Shown in pieces: positions 9,811 to 19,456 of a stretch of 64,000 nucleotides of DNA. The position numbers and the translations under genes are program-made. The DNA is taken from IMG/VR virus record IMGVR_UViG_3300042880_000230. One strand, given 5' to 3'. The number at the start of each line of letters is the position of its first letter. Position 1 is the stretch's first letter. Origin of the DNA: an uncultured virus (IMG/VR IMGVR_UViG_3300042880_000230) (Duplodnaviria; Heunggongvirae; Uroviricota; Caudoviricetes). The notes below the pieces were generated by a model. That model saw only the letters and a list, made by a program, of their open reading frames with translations. It was not told where the DNA came from and searched no databases.

Positions 9811-9843
9811 GTGTTAGGTAGTTTAGTGGTTTTAGACTTTGTG

Positions 9844-10074
9844 TTAGTAGCCTGTGACCGGGTACAGGTAGCCGCGCCCGCCGCACTGGTGCGGCCCGAT
9901 ATTCAGGCCCCAGTACTCCGCAAACGCGGCAGCGGCGTGGTGGTGTGCGTTGTCTGCCTCGTAGGCGTAAGGGAACGTTTTCTGCCCCCAGTCTGTGCTT
10001 GTGACGCGGATTTTCGCGCCCTTAGTGTGTGTTGCGGCGATGTGCTTTGTGCGGAGGAAGCCGGGCTTTTTCAT
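9844..10074 (-). CDS. Hypothetical protein (start at MKKPG)
   Basis: Downstream of promoter copy 2; the longer ORF start lies inside the promoter. Confidence 0.6.
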   Translation of the reverse strand: MKKPGFLRTKHIAATHTKGAKIRVTSTDWGQKTFPYAYEADNAHHHAAAAFAEYWGLNIGPHQCGGRGYLYPVTGY

Positions 10075-10120
10075 GTGGTTTTTTCTGCGGTGGTTCGTTG
10101 TTGCGTCGTGCAACTGCTCC

Positions 10121-10200
10121 ACAAATACACCCGGCAAATAGATTTGCAAACGGTTTTTGCAAAATTGCAAATTCCCCTTCAGAATACGCGAATGCGTACC
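10121..10200 (-). promoter_or_regulatory. Repeated early-promoter cassette, copy 2
   Basis: CCCGGCAAATAGATTTGCAAACGGTTTTTGCAAAA and TACGCGAATGCGTA at 10185. Confidence 0.7.
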
Positions 10201-10392
10201 TTAGCCCGCCGCCGGAACCGCATTCGCGTAGACCGAGAGCATCGCCTTCGCTAACACAATCGCCTCTTCTACTAGCAAAGGACACCCGGCAAAGGAGGGT
10301 GCCCCGTCTTCTCTTTGCGTTATGCACAGAACCTGCTCGCCGCCCCTAGAAACTGTTAGGGTTATTGGGAACTCGTCAGGCTCCGGCTTCAT
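10201..10392 (-). CDS. Hypothetical protein
   Basis: 63 aa, 4-nt overlap with the terminase stop. Confidence 0.5.
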   Translation of the reverse strand: MKPEPDEFPITLTVSRGGEQVLCITQREDGAPSFAGCPLLVEEAIVLAKAMLSVYANAVPAAG

Positions 10393-11849
10393 GCTAGTAG
10401 CAGGCGAGAGGCTTTCAGTTCTTCGTAGGCGATAGAGATTGCGTCCACCTGGTCATCGTGGTCGCCGTCAGGGAACTGCTCAAGCTCGCTGATAAAGTCC
10501 TTGTTCCACGGGCCGCGTACCATAACAAATTTGCCTGCCGCAATCTTTGCTAGCCAGGGACTCGCCCGCATCAGCTTGCTCTTGCTCTTCGGATTGCGGG
10601 CATGGACCGCTACCCTTCCGGCTAGCTTCTGCTGGAGTGTGGACATGCCTGACTGAAAGCCGCCGACCGCTTCCACACCGACCCGTGCGATGCCTCGGCT
10701 TTCCAAGTCCTCTAGCGAAGTGCGGACGATGGCGTTCTCTACCCTAGCCCACACCATGCGCTGGCGGAACATGTCTGTGAGATAGAGCGTATCGGTCTCC
10801 CGGTCGATTGCAAGCCTTGCACCTGAAGTATAGTCGCTGGTCTGCGTTTCGGTTAGTGCCAAGTCCCACCCACGGGTTTCTGCCAGACCCGCAGGAACCT
10901 GGCTAGCATCACAGCGGCGAAGCTGGTTGAGATCCACCTGGCCGGACGCCGAGGAGCGAGGTGTCTGCTGAAATAGAGAGTCCCACTCGTACCCTAGCAG
11001 AGATGCTCGCATACCTTGCAGGAACGACAGCGGCCTGATCTCAGGCGCTAGCGGCTCACCTTCGCTACGCCCTAGCGGGTCATCTGCCCTGCCTGACGCC
11101 ACTGCCTCGTAGACGATCCGGTCGAACACCTGATGCTCCTGACCTTCGTCGATTAGCTGCTGGCGGTACTCGTCACTTGTTAGGTGTCCGATAAGGTCAT
11201 GCGGGTGCCAGCGCGTCCCGATGAGCATGATCTTCGCGTCAGGAGAAAGCCGCGTCATGCAGTCGGCAAAGAACCACTGGATGACTTTGCGCCGCTGGAT
11301 AGCGGATTCGGCTTCTGCGCGTCCTGCGTGAGGGTCGTCAATAATCAGCCAGTCCGCCCGCCGCCCCGTGAGCTTAGAACCGGAAGACCTGACGACGACG
11401 GACGATCCGTTAGTGAAGACGCACATGTCAGCGCGGTCCATTCCTGCCCTAGGGCACACGCCGCGAAAGATTCTCTGGTAAGCCGCAAGCCGCGTGATGT
11501 CCTTTACCTCCGCAAGGAACTCGACTAGCAATGCGCGGCTGAATCCTGTTAGGGCTATGTGCGTCCCTGGGTAGGCTGCCAGAATCCAAGCCACCGCACG
11601 AACCGCCAGCATCCGGCTCTTGCCGTGCTGGGGAGGAGCAGACACAGCCACTCGCGGCTTGCGCACTCCGTCAGCTACCTGCTGCACGATGTCGGCTAGC
11701 TGAAGGTGGAACGGTGTTAGCTTGTACGCGCCGCCTGCGGTCTGAGGAAAGCATAAGGAGCAGAATACGGCTAGGCATGTTCTAGCCGCATGCTCCATCC
11801 TGCTTCGCGCTACAAGGAACGCGGCGTCGCTCATCATGGTCCGGCTCAT
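10389..11849 (-). CDS. terL: Terminase large subunit
   Basis: PPQHGKS Walker A, LIIDDP, GTRWHPHD, GWDLA, FPDGDHDDQVDA. Confidence 0.95.
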   Translation of the reverse strand: MSRTMMSDAAFLVARSRMEHAARTCLAVFCSLCFPQTAGGAYKLTPFHLQLADIVQQVADGVRKPRVAVSAPPQHGKSRMLAVRAVAWILAAYPGTHIALTGFSRALLVEFLAEVKDITRLAAYQRIFRGVCPRAGMDRADMCVFTNGSSVVVRSSGSKLTGRRADWLIIDDPHAGRAEAESAIQRRKVIQWFFADCMTRLSPDAKIMLIGTRWHPHDLIGHLTSDEYRQQLIDEGQEHQVFDRIVYEAVASGRADDPLGRSEGEPLAPEIRPLSFLQGMRASLLGYEWDSLFQQTPRSSASGQVDLNQLRRCDASQVPAGLAETRGWDLALTETQTSDYTSGARLAIDRETDTLYLTDMFRQRMVWARVENAIVRTSLEDLESRGIARVGVEAVGGFQSGMSTLQQKLAGRVAVHARNPKSKSKLMRASPWLAKIAAGKFVMVRGPWNKDFISELEQFPDGDHDDQVDAISIAYEELKASRLLLA

Positions 11850-12445
11850 TCGTCGTCCTCATCCTCAGGTTCTGGTTTGCCGGAAGCGCCTAGCTTAACT
11901 TCAAACAGACCTGGGACGCGGGAGTTAGCAATCCGCATCGCCTCCACAAGTGCGTTGTCGTCTAGCTCTGTCCGGTCCTGTATAATCTCTGAACGCATAT
12001 CGGCGCTGACAGGCTTCTCTTCTTCTTGCGGCACTGGGTTGGCTAGGTGGTGGCGGTAGGCGTTAGGCGAATAGCCGTTGCGCTGTCCCTTGCAGGACAG
12101 GTAGAACATAATCGCCTTCGTATCGCCGTCCCGAATCTTCATCAGCAGTCTGCTCTCCACAGAGTCTACTTGCGCTGACATGATGTCCTCGACCTCTGCG
12201 CGAAAGTCCAGGTCGGCGGCATACCAGTATTCGTAGTCGCGGCGGATTGTGCTAGTGGCTTTAAGTGCGCCCGATATGATGCCTGCTCTGGCAGACAGCG
12301 CTTGAAGGAACGCGGCCTTGCGGGAAGCTAGGATCTGCCTTCGCTCTTCTTTCCTGTCCTGCACCCTAACGTGTTCAGGGATTCCCGCGTCCACTTTCCT
12401 GACGCGAGTCCGTGCCGGGCCGCTAGCTGGTTTCTCCTTCTTCAC
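11846..12445 (-). CDS. Terminase small subunit-like protein
   Basis: Upstream of terL with 4-nt overlap; VESRL..KI..GDTKAIMFYL pattern. Confidence 0.7.
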   Translation of the reverse strand: MKKEKPASGPARTRVRKVDAGIPEHVRVQDRKEERRQILASRKAAFLQALSARAGIISGALKATSTIRRDYEYWYAADLDFRAEVEDIMSAQVDSVESRLLMKIRDGDTKAIMFYLSCKGQRNGYSPNAYRHHLANPVPQEEEKPVSADMRSEIIQDRTELDDNALVEAMRIANSRVPGLFEVKLGASGKPEPEDEDDE

Positions 12446-12452
12446 GACGGAG

Positions 12453-13346
12453 TCAGCTAGTTTTTACACCCGCAAGCGACAAGAACTCGGCACGCGCCGC
12501 AGCCTCTTCAAAGATACCGTAGACAGACGAGGTCACCATGCGGCCATCTTTGCGTACACCGCGCAGGCATTGGCAGGTATGCTTGGCAGAGACCACTACC
12601 ATGATCCCGGCAGGGTCTAGCTTTCTGAGCGCGTCTGCGATTTGTTGCGTCAGGCGCTCCTGCACCTGCGGCCTGCGAGCATAGCCGTCTGCTAGCCTTG
12701 CGAGCTTGGATAGCCCTACCACGCGCTTTCGCGCTAGCGATGGAACATAGCCGATATGGCATTCCCCAGAGAACGGGAGTAGGTGATGCTCGCACAGAGA
12801 CACGAACGGTATTCCTGCTGAAATAATCATTCCACCATACTGAACTGGTGCGGTGTCGTCTAGGCTGAAATCCTTCTCCAGATGGATCGTCGGGTCTTCT
12901 TTAAGCCCCGATGTAAATTCTAGCATAGCCTTGATGAAGCGTGCGGGCGTCTCTAGCAAACCTTCTCGGTCAGGGTTTTCGCCTAGCCTTTGAAGCAGTC
13001 TACGAACTCCGTCCTCTGCTCCACTAGGTTCGCCAGCCTCCCATGGAAACTGAATCCACTCTGTTGGGCACTTGCGTTGAGATTTGTCTAGTAGGCAGAT
13101 GAACGGCTTGCCGGGATAGCGGCTCGCGTACTCACTCCGAGTCTTGCCAGAATCCACGAGGTCGTCCACTACAAAGTCAGCCTCTTCTGGAGAATCCGTT
13201 AGTGCTAGAGAGGGGTACTGCGCAGAGATAGCCTGCGCCGCGTGACACCCTCCTCTTGGAATACCGTAGAGCTTCGATTCGCGCGGGATCTCTTTACCTG
13301 CGACAGCGGCTAGTCGAGAAATGTCATTCCATGTTAGTATTTTCAT
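12453..13346 (-). CDS. folE: Purine phosphoribosyltransferase-like domain fused to GTP cyclohydrolase I
   Basis: N-term GIPRGG, VVDDLVDSGKT, WIQFPWE; C-term REGLLETPAR, SLCEHHLLPF, GLSKLAR, QVQERLT, HTC..RG. Confidence 0.92.
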   Translation of the reverse strand: MKILTWNDISRLAAVAGKEIPRESKLYGIPRGGCHAAQAISAQYPSLALTDSPEEADFVVDDLVDSGKTRSEYASRYPGKPFICLLDKSQRKCPTEWIQFPWEAGEPSGAEDGVRRLLQRLGENPDREGLLETPARFIKAMLEFTSGLKEDPTIHLEKDFSLDDTAPVQYGGMIISAGIPFVSLCEHHLLPFSGECHIGYVPSLARKRVVGLSKLARLADGYARRPQVQERLTQQIADALRKLDPAGIMVVVSAKHTCQCLRGVRKDGRMVTSSVYGIFEEAAARAEFLSLAGVKTS

Positions 13347-13355
13347 AGCGGATCG

Positions 13356-14075
13356 TTATGCGGGTTGAACTCCTCCAAGAGGTACGTTAGGCGCGGAGCG
13401 TGCGTCAAGGGCGTCCACTTTATAGAGCTTGTGAAGCTGCCAGCCTGCCCGGAAAAGACCTCCACGCGCTAGCACTTCTCGGCTGATTGCGTTAAGCACC
13501 TTCTCGTCCTCTCTGCGAGACCACTCAGGGTGAAGCCATATCGCCTGAAGGTTTGCAAGCCGTGCAATAGGCTTTCCTACAGTATCTTCAACCTGAGATA
13601 CCCAGTACCCTACAGACTGCTCGCTTTCAACAATGATCTTGATCTCGTTGGCGTAAGCTAGCATAGCGGCGGCTGGCGGTTCCGCTAGTTTCGGCGATAC
13701 CGTTATCCAGTCGAAGAGTTGGGAATTTCTAAGATACGCTCCGCAAGTCTCGACATGCAGCAGAATGCTTTCCTGACGCAGCCGCGAAGACAAGTAAGCT
13801 AGTGCGTTCTCTTTCTGTATCAAAGGCTCTCCTCCTGTTAGCACTACAAACTCAGAACGTGACTCGACTGCCTCTTTAACTAGCTGATCGACGGTAACTA
13901 GCAAAGACCGCTTCGGCGCAAACGCAGGATGCCATGTACCTGCGGAATCGCAGAAGGGGCACTTAACAGGACAGCCGTAAGTGCGAATGAAGAATGCGCG
14001 TCTCCCTATGTGGATACCCTCTCCTTGGAAGGCGTGGAAACGCTCATGGACAGGCAGGGTGATTTCAGCAGTCAT
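13356..14075 (-). CDS. queE: 7-carboxy-7-deazaguanine synthase (radical SAM)
   Basis: FQGEG, CPVKCPFCDS, TGGEP, TVSPK, QLHK. Confidence 0.93.
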   Translation of the reverse strand: MTAEITLPVHERFHAFQGEGIHIGRRAFFIRTYGCPVKCPFCDSAGTWHPAFAPKRSLLVTVDQLVKEAVESRSEFVVLTGGEPLIQKENALAYLSSRLRQESILLHVETCGAYLRNSQLFDWITVSPKLAEPPAAAMLAYANEIKIIVESEQSVGYWVSQVEDTVGKPIARLANLQAIWLHPEWSRREDEKVLNAISREVLARGGLFRAGWQLHKLYKVDALDARSAPNVPLGGVQPA

Positions 14076-14509
14076 GGTGTAGCGGTGGCGCTGTTTTTCG
14101 AGTCTTCCACTACCTCCACACGGGCCACGCTAACGCGCCCGCCTGTATGCGCTTGGATGACGGCGTTCACCTCCTGCAAGAGGAACGCCGCTAGCCCTTC
14201 ACTGGAGCAGTCGGGCACCTCAAAGATAGAGGCGATAAGGTCCGGCGATGTTAGCGTCTCTCGGAGAAGCGGTAGTTCCGGGTCGTCGTAGTTAAGGACT
14301 AGCGTATGATCGAACCGCTCCGCGATCCATGCTTTCAGAAACCCTAGCTTTCCGAAGTCGATAACAAAGCCGCAGGCGTCGAGAGTAGTTGCCGCGAAGG
14401 TAAACACGAAGCTCCAGTTGTGGCCGTGAATCCATGCGCAATGCCCGTCGTGGCTGGGCTGGCGGTGCGCAAAAGGTAGGTCGGTGTAGGCTTTGGTGCA
14501 GGTTATCAT
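14072..14509 (-). CDS. queD: 6-carboxytetrahydropterin synthase
   Basis: AHR..HDGHCAWIHGHNW, VIDFG, FDH, SSEGLA; start placed at the ATGA overlap. Confidence 0.92.
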   Translation of the reverse strand: MITCTKAYTDLPFAHRQPSHDGHCAWIHGHNWSFVFTFAATTLDACGFVIDFGKLGFLKAWIAERFDHTLVLNYDDPELPLLRETLTSPDLIASIFEVPDCSSEGLAAFLLQEVNAVIQAHTGGRVSVARVEVVEDSKNSATATP

Positions 14510-15765
14510 AGCTCGTAGGTTAGAGGGTCTGGGACTGATGCGCGAGCGAACGCTGTTCGGCGCATGAAGCATGGGCCGCACTTTCCGCAGTGCGACGAGC
14601 GGTTAGCGTAGCAAGACCAGGTCAGGTCTAGGGGCGCTTGTACGCGATGCCCCTCTGAAACAATCTCATGTTTCATTAGATGCCCTACAGGGTCCAGCAG
14701 CGTCATACTAGCGCCGTCGTGGACTACGTTAGCCATGGCTGTGTTAAGAATCCGAATCAGCTCCATCTCGTTATCAGGGTACGCTCCGCTCTCTTCTAGG
14801 TTTCCTCCATACGCTACGGCGTCAAACCCTCGGGACTCGGCCCACCCTACGGCTAGCGCCAGCATCTGAAAATTCCGAGCCGGAACCCACTCGTGCGCGT
14901 ATTCCGCGCCGTCTGCGCCTTCGGCCAGGTCTTTATCGGAGTCAGAAGTTAGGGTGCTGCCTGCTACGCTGGAGCGTGGCATCTCTAGCACAGAGTAGTC
15001 GCAGCGCATTCTTTGCGCGATGCTTCGCACGGCGTCCAACTCCGGAGCGGAAGCCCGGCATCCGTAGCTGAAATGCAGCAGATGGATGTCCTTGCCTTGC
15101 GAGCGCAGAATAGCCGCCGCTACAGTGGAGTCTAGCCCGCCCGAAGCAATGACGCAAACCTTAGACACAGGCTGGATGCGTCGTACCGACTCCTTAGCAA
15201 GCAGAGCGCGGACAGAATACGGCTCCAGCTTAACAGGAGCGACGGAGTCTTCTCCGACGGAATCCAGCACCGACTGCACATCGGAAGCCAGGGACGCATA
15301 GACTAGCCCCACCCCTCGGACTCGGCAGTAGTAGAGCGGCTTGTAGTTAGCCGCCAGGTAAAGCTCGTTCGGAGTGGCGACGGCTAGGGCGTATGATCCT
15401 CGAACCTTCAAAAGCGATGCGGCCAACAGGCTCGCGTTCGAGGTGTCCAATACTCGTGGAAGAACTTCGGAGTCTATCTCTCCGTCTAAACCGCCTAGCT
15501 CTTTATCGTTAGCAATGGTCCCGTTATGAAAGACGTAGCTCATCCCGTCCGAGGTATAGGGTTGCAACCTGCCCGTGGCTGCTTCTGTCGTCGGTGTTGC
15601 TCGGTTCCATCCTAGCGTGGCGGGTCGCCCTGCGATCCTCGCGGAACGTGTAGACTGCGCATCGCGTCCCCTCGCAGACGAAGCCCGAGCAAGCACGTCA
15701 AAGAGATGCCCTCTCTGGGTTTGAGTATGCTCGTCATTCCATACAATGCCGTAGATAGCGCACAT
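14506..15765 (-). CDS. queC: Gat-QueC fusion (Ntn glutamine amidotransferase + preQ0 synthase)
   Basis: MCAIYG, HNGTI, DSE (Ntn-GAT); SGGLDS, VPARN, YPD, TWSCY, CGKCGPC (QueC). Confidence 0.93.
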   Translation of the reverse strand: MCAIYGIVWNDEHTQTQRGHLFDVLARASSARGRDAQSTRSARIAGRPATLGWNRATPTTEAATGRLQPYTSDGMSYVFHNGTIANDKELGGLDGEIDSEVLPRVLDTSNASLLAASLLKVRGSYALAVATPNELYLAANYKPLYYCRVRGVGLVYASLASDVQSVLDSVGEDSVAPVKLEPYSVRALLAKESVRRIQPVSKVCVIASGGLDSTVAAAILRSQGKDIHLLHFSYGCRASAPELDAVRSIAQRMRCDYSVLEMPRSSVAGSTLTSDSDKDLAEGADGAEYAHEWVPARNFQMLALAVGWAESRGFDAVAYGGNLEESGAYPDNEMELIRILNTAMANVVHDGASMTLLDPVGHLMKHEIVSEGHRVQAPLDLTWSCYANRSSHCGKCGPCFMRRTAFARASVPDPLTYEL

Positions 15766-15770
15766 GTGAG

Positions 15771-16604
15771 TTAGTATTGAAGTGCTAGCGATTCAACAGC
15801 CTCGCGGATCATGTTGATCTGAACTCCCGTAGACGCGGCTAGGTATAGTTTGGTGCCTAGAAAGGATTGCGTGTCCTGGGCGCGTAGAATTGCCGCCGCC
15901 GTAGATGCTCGGAACGAGACGGAAGCGCCACCGCGCCACGCGCTCTCCGTCCTTAGCCGCGCTCTGTCCGGGGGTGAGATTCCGTGCCGCGCTAGAAGGC
16001 TGTCCAGCATAACACCTCCGCGAATAACATCGTCCCGCTGAAACTCTTTCAGTACGCCCTTGCCCGTGTACAAGCGCATCTTGCCGCTTCTAGGGGCGAA
16101 GTTCCAGCTAGAGGAGTCGGCGCTGTAGGGCCTGAATGCCGTTATGAAGTCGCGGTTAGTAAAGCCTAGCCAATGCACCTTCCTGCCTCGGTTCTGGTTA
16201 GTAAACCACTTCAAGTATTCGCGGTTGCCGGGGGTACTTACAATCCCACCGAACAGCAGGTAATCCGTCGTCTCGTAAAACCGATCCGCATCGCTAAAAG
16301 GAGCGCCCCGAGTAAATACAGGCATCACTCTCAACCCGCGCTCTCGCATCGTATCGTAATTCCGCATCGTGGCTTGGTGATCGCCTATAACGTCTAGCTG
16401 AACAGCGTGCTGAAAGGGCACTGCGGGGTCTGCTAGAAAGTCGCAGTATTCGGCAAGGTTGATTGGGTGCCCGCTCTTCCATGCGGTAAACGCCCCGGAG
16501 TCTAGCATGAGATGCACATCGCAGACTTGCCGCAGAGAGGCTAGCGCCCTAACCATAGCCTTGCTCATGTATGGATAGGCCACGAGTATGTGGAGCGATC
16601 TCAT
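15771..16604 (-). CDS. dpdA: DpdA-like DNA guanine transglycosylase
   Basis: LDSGAF, LDVIGD, PVF, HWLG, SADSSSW (TGT-fold motifs) inside a que cluster. Confidence 0.85.
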   Translation of the reverse strand: MRSLHILVAYPYMSKAMVRALASLRQVCDVHLMLDSGAFTAWKSGHPINLAEYCDFLADPAVPFQHAVQLDVIGDHQATMRNYDTMRERGLRVMPVFTRGAPFSDADRFYETTDYLLFGGIVSTPGNREYLKWFTNQNRGRKVHWLGFTNRDFITAFRPYSADSSSWNFAPRSGKMRLYTGKGVLKEFQRDDVIRGGVMLDSLLARHGISPPDRARLRTESAWRGGASVSFRASTAAAILRAQDTQSFLGTKLYLAASTGVQINMIREAVESLALQY

Positions 16605-17278
16605 TTCATCGCTACCTCGGGGAATTTCTTAAGTAGCGTCTTGAGCGCATCCTTTACCGCCTGCAAGTCCGCTAGAGGCACTGACAAGGAAATAGACTCG
16701 TGCGTTGCGGACGCTACGTTAGCTACTCTTTCTTGTGCCTTCGCCTGATCTTCCGATGGCCAGTCGCCTATACCGGGGCCGTTTGCTAGCATGTCTATCT
16801 CGTCTTGTGTGAAGCCGCTCAGTTCTTTCCACTCTGCATCCATGTCTGAGCAAATCTGCCCTAATCCCTCTAAATCCCACTCAGCCGACCATTTGTTAGC
16901 AGCTAGCAAGGCTGCGGATTCTTTGCTTTCACTCCAAGAAACTTCCCGATAGGAAAACCTAACGCCTGACTCCAGTTCTGCAAAGCCGTAGGCAACTGTG
17001 CCCGAGGCGTCTGGCTCGGAAAGTTCATGCGTGCGCGTAATGGCGGGATTGCCGCTAGTCTTAAAGGCTTCAACCCGTTTGTGCCCGCCGACGAGACGCC
17101 CGGTGGATAGGTTGAACAGCACGCCCGACAAGTCGCCGAACTCTGCTAGCGATTTAGCGAATGCGTCTGACTGCTTGTCGTCTTTCCACGGCAGGCGCGG
17201 ATTCTTAGCGTTAGGTGTAAGCGCCGCTGTACTGTCGGGCGGTTGCGCAGTCTTTGCGCGTTTGCGTGCGGATGCCAT
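16601..17278 (-). CDS. ParB-like N-terminal domain protein
   Basis: LTPNAKNPR, SLAEFG, LVGGHKR, AANK..EWD; typical neighbour of modification and terminase genes. Confidence 0.75.
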   Translation of the reverse strand: MASARKRAKTAQPPDSTAALTPNAKNPRLPWKDDKQSDAFAKSLAEFGDLSGVLFNLSTGRLVGGHKRVEAFKTSGNPAITRTHELSEPDASGTVAYGFAELESGVRFSYREVSWSESKESAALLAANKWSAEWDLEGLGQICSDMDAEWKELSGFTQDEIDMLANGPGIGDWPSEDQAKAQERVANVASATHESISLSVPLADLQAVKDALKTLLKKFPEVAMK

Positions 17279-17312
17279 AATCGTGGATGCTAGTCTGGAT
17301 TAGTCAGTCGCA

Positions 17313-17822
17313 TCAAGGCCGCACGGCTTCACGCGCTACCCGATACTCAAGCGCCAGCGCCTGATATGCTAGGAAATCCACATAGTTGTCCAAGCCGGAC
17401 GGGTCGCGCTGGATGCGCTCTTCCTTGAGCGCCACCATAAACTGGCATGCCTGCTCTTCTGTTAGGCCGATGCCTGTAGACTTTGCAAACCTTGCAACGA
17501 TACCGGGAAAGGACCGCTCTTCCAGCAGCACGCCCTGACCGTTCTTGTCGTACCGCTTGCCGCGCTGCCTTAGGGTCTCCGCAGCCATAGCGAGAAGCTC
17601 GCAAGCGCTAGGGAATCCGATATTGTGAGCGACGGGTGTCCCGCCCGATTCTTCAATGACAGGCAGGATCGGGACGCCTCCGCTCTCTTCGATAACAGGC
17701 AGGACGGGAACGCCTCCAGACTCCTGAATGCTAGCAGTCGGCGAAGCGCTGCTGGATGCTCGAGAGCCGGAGCCTCGGCTAGCGCTGTAGCTTGGTCCGC
17801 CTGAGTAACTTTGCGAGTTCAT
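17313..17822 (-). CDS. Hypothetical protein with Ser-rich N-terminus, internal repeats and DUF6378-like C-terminus
   Basis: RGKRYD..ERSF..FMVALK..DNYVD..Y; repeats of ESGGVPxLPVIE. Confidence 0.6.
   Translation of the reverse strand: MNSQSYSGGPSYSASRGSGSRASSSASPTASIQESGGVPVLPVIEESGGVPILPVIEESGGTPVAHNIGFPSACELLAMAAETLRQRGKRYDKNGQGVLLEERSFPGIVARFAKSTGIGLTEEQACQFMVALKEERIQRDPSGLDNYVDFLAYQALALEYRVAREAVRP
17636..17725. repeat. 36-bp coding tandem repeat, about 2.5 copies
   Basis: Encodes ESGGVPVLPVIE / ESGGVPILPVIE / ESGGTP. Confidence 0.8.
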
Positions 17823-17909
17823 GATGTAGAGTGTTAGGGTGGAAGGCGGTCTGCGCTGCATTCTTATCCACCGCAAGAAAGCACCTGACCAGACCGCCTA
17901 GCTCCGCGT

Positions 17910-19019
17910 CTACTCCACTACTGCGGATTGCGCAAGTAAATTTTCAGCAGTGCCTGCTAGTACCTCCGGGATGGGATGGCCTGACGCCTCGCACCACCTG
18001 CGCACGCCGCGCTCCATGGCGGCTAGCGCACCCCATACCGTCAGGCGAGTGCCGTCGTAGCCTTCGATCCGGGGAAGCCCTTTCATGCGGCGGATGTAGC
18101 GGATTAGCTTCCTAGCCATTGGCGCGTCCTGCATTGCTTCAGACCTGGTGGCTCGGGTGTAGTTCTTCACGGCGCGAGTACCAAACGGGCATGTCAGGAG
18201 GTTGTCCTTTGCCAGCCCGCGTCTAGGGTCTATGCGGAAGACGACGCCCTTGGAAAATTCACCGTAGTGCCAGACCCACGCTAGCTCGCCGTCTGTAAAC
18301 CGCACTCCGTCGATAACGATCCGGCGAGTATTGCCAGTGCCCTTCGATCCGGCTAGCGTTCCTCCGGGTCTGCCATGTATGCCTGGCTTCCAGCGGAACT
18401 CTGCTGGGTTGCCTTCCAGCTTGAAGCAGTAGCGGATAACGTCCACTAAGGCTAGGGTAGGCGCTCCGTCTCCTGGCGCTTTCAGCCGCATATTCTGCGG
18501 AGTTATGCTAGGGTCGCGTGGCGGTGGGATTGTCTTCTTCCCCGGCACCCGCCAGGGCTGTGCGTCCGCATCTTCCTCTAAGGCAGCGGCTAGCGCTGCG
18601 GCCTGCGCACGTCGAGATTCCTTCTCTGCTGCTGCCGCTAGCTTGGCATCTTTACGCTCCTGCCACTCCTTCTGCTTTGCGGCTATCTCTGCCGCTCGCT
18701 TTTCGTGAAGCGCTTTAACCCTGTCGGTTTCTGCGGATGCTGGCGCTAGCTTGAGATTGCCGGGAAGAATGTTAGCCGGGTTGCCGTCCTTGTAGACGAT
18801 AGGGCGTTCTGGTCTCTCGCCGCGATTCAGCAGCCACACTAGCTCCGAAGCGGATACCCACCCGGCAGATGTTAGGATGCGCTGCTCATATGAGTCCGCC
18901 TTAGGTCGCATCTTCCCGGCTACCTTCCCTCCTGTCTTCCATACTAGCCGACCGCTGTCTGCATCGTAGTCGAGTTCGCGCCTGACCGCTTCTACTGTTA
19001 GCTCAAGCGGGTCCGTCAT
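17910..19019 (-). CDS. Protein with two degenerate HNH-endonuclease-like domains
   Basis: LDYDADSGRLVWK..LVWLL..DGNPAN..NL and FRWK..IVIDG..LAWVWHYG..DNL. Confidence 0.55.
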   Translation of the reverse strand: MTDPLELTVEAVRRELDYDADSGRLVWKTGGKVAGKMRPKADSYEQRILTSAGWVSASELVWLLNRGERPERPIVYKDGNPANILPGNLKLAPASAETDRVKALHEKRAAEIAAKQKEWQERKDAKLAAAAEKESRRAQAAALAAALEEDADAQPWRVPGKKTIPPPRDPSITPQNMRLKAPGDGAPTLALVDVIRYCFKLEGNPAEFRWKPGIHGRPGGTLAGSKGTGNTRRIVIDGVRFTDGELAWVWHYGEFSKGVVFRIDPRRGLAKDNLLTCPFGTRAVKNYTRATRSEAMQDAPMARKLIRYIRRMKGLPRIEGYDGTRLTVWGALAAMERGVRRWCEASGHPIPEVLAGTAENLLAQSAVVE

Positions 19020-19345
19020 GTCCTGGTTCCCTCCATGTTAGTGTCTTCGCTGCCATCGTCTTCATCTTCGTCGTCGTCATTTTCGTCTTCGTCTTCTTCG
19101 CTAGTGTTGTAGGTAGTGCGGCAGGGGTATCGCCCTAGCAGGATCTTGCCGCAATGCACGCACTGGAATTTGCCTGACACCTCCGAGTAGGCTCCTTGCT
19201 CGTTTGTCTCCATGCGGACCCATGTCGTAACGTACACGACGTAGGCTTCGACCGTGTTAGTCTGCGGGTGGTTGCACCAGTGACGAACGCATAGCCGTGT
19301 CAGGCCTGAGAGTCCAGACAGGATGCCGGTCTTGAGCCTGTTCAT
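19016..19345 (-). CDS. Hypothetical Zn-ribbon protein with acidic tail
   Basis: CNH..CVHCG; D/E-rich C-terminus; 4-nt overlap. Confidence 0.55.
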   Translation of the reverse strand: MNRLKTGILSGLSGLTRLCVRHWCNHPQTNTVEAYVVYVTTWVRMETNEQGAYSEVSGKFQCVHCGKILLGRYPCRTTYNTSEEDEDENDDDEDEDDGSEDTNMEGTRT

Positions 19346-19456
19346 GTTACTGCGCTAGCCGCTCAAGCAGGCACTCGATAGCTAGCAGGATCAGGGTTGC
19401 CGCGATGAGCGCATATGCGGTCTGTCGGGCGTAAGATGCTAGGCGAAGACGGTTGT

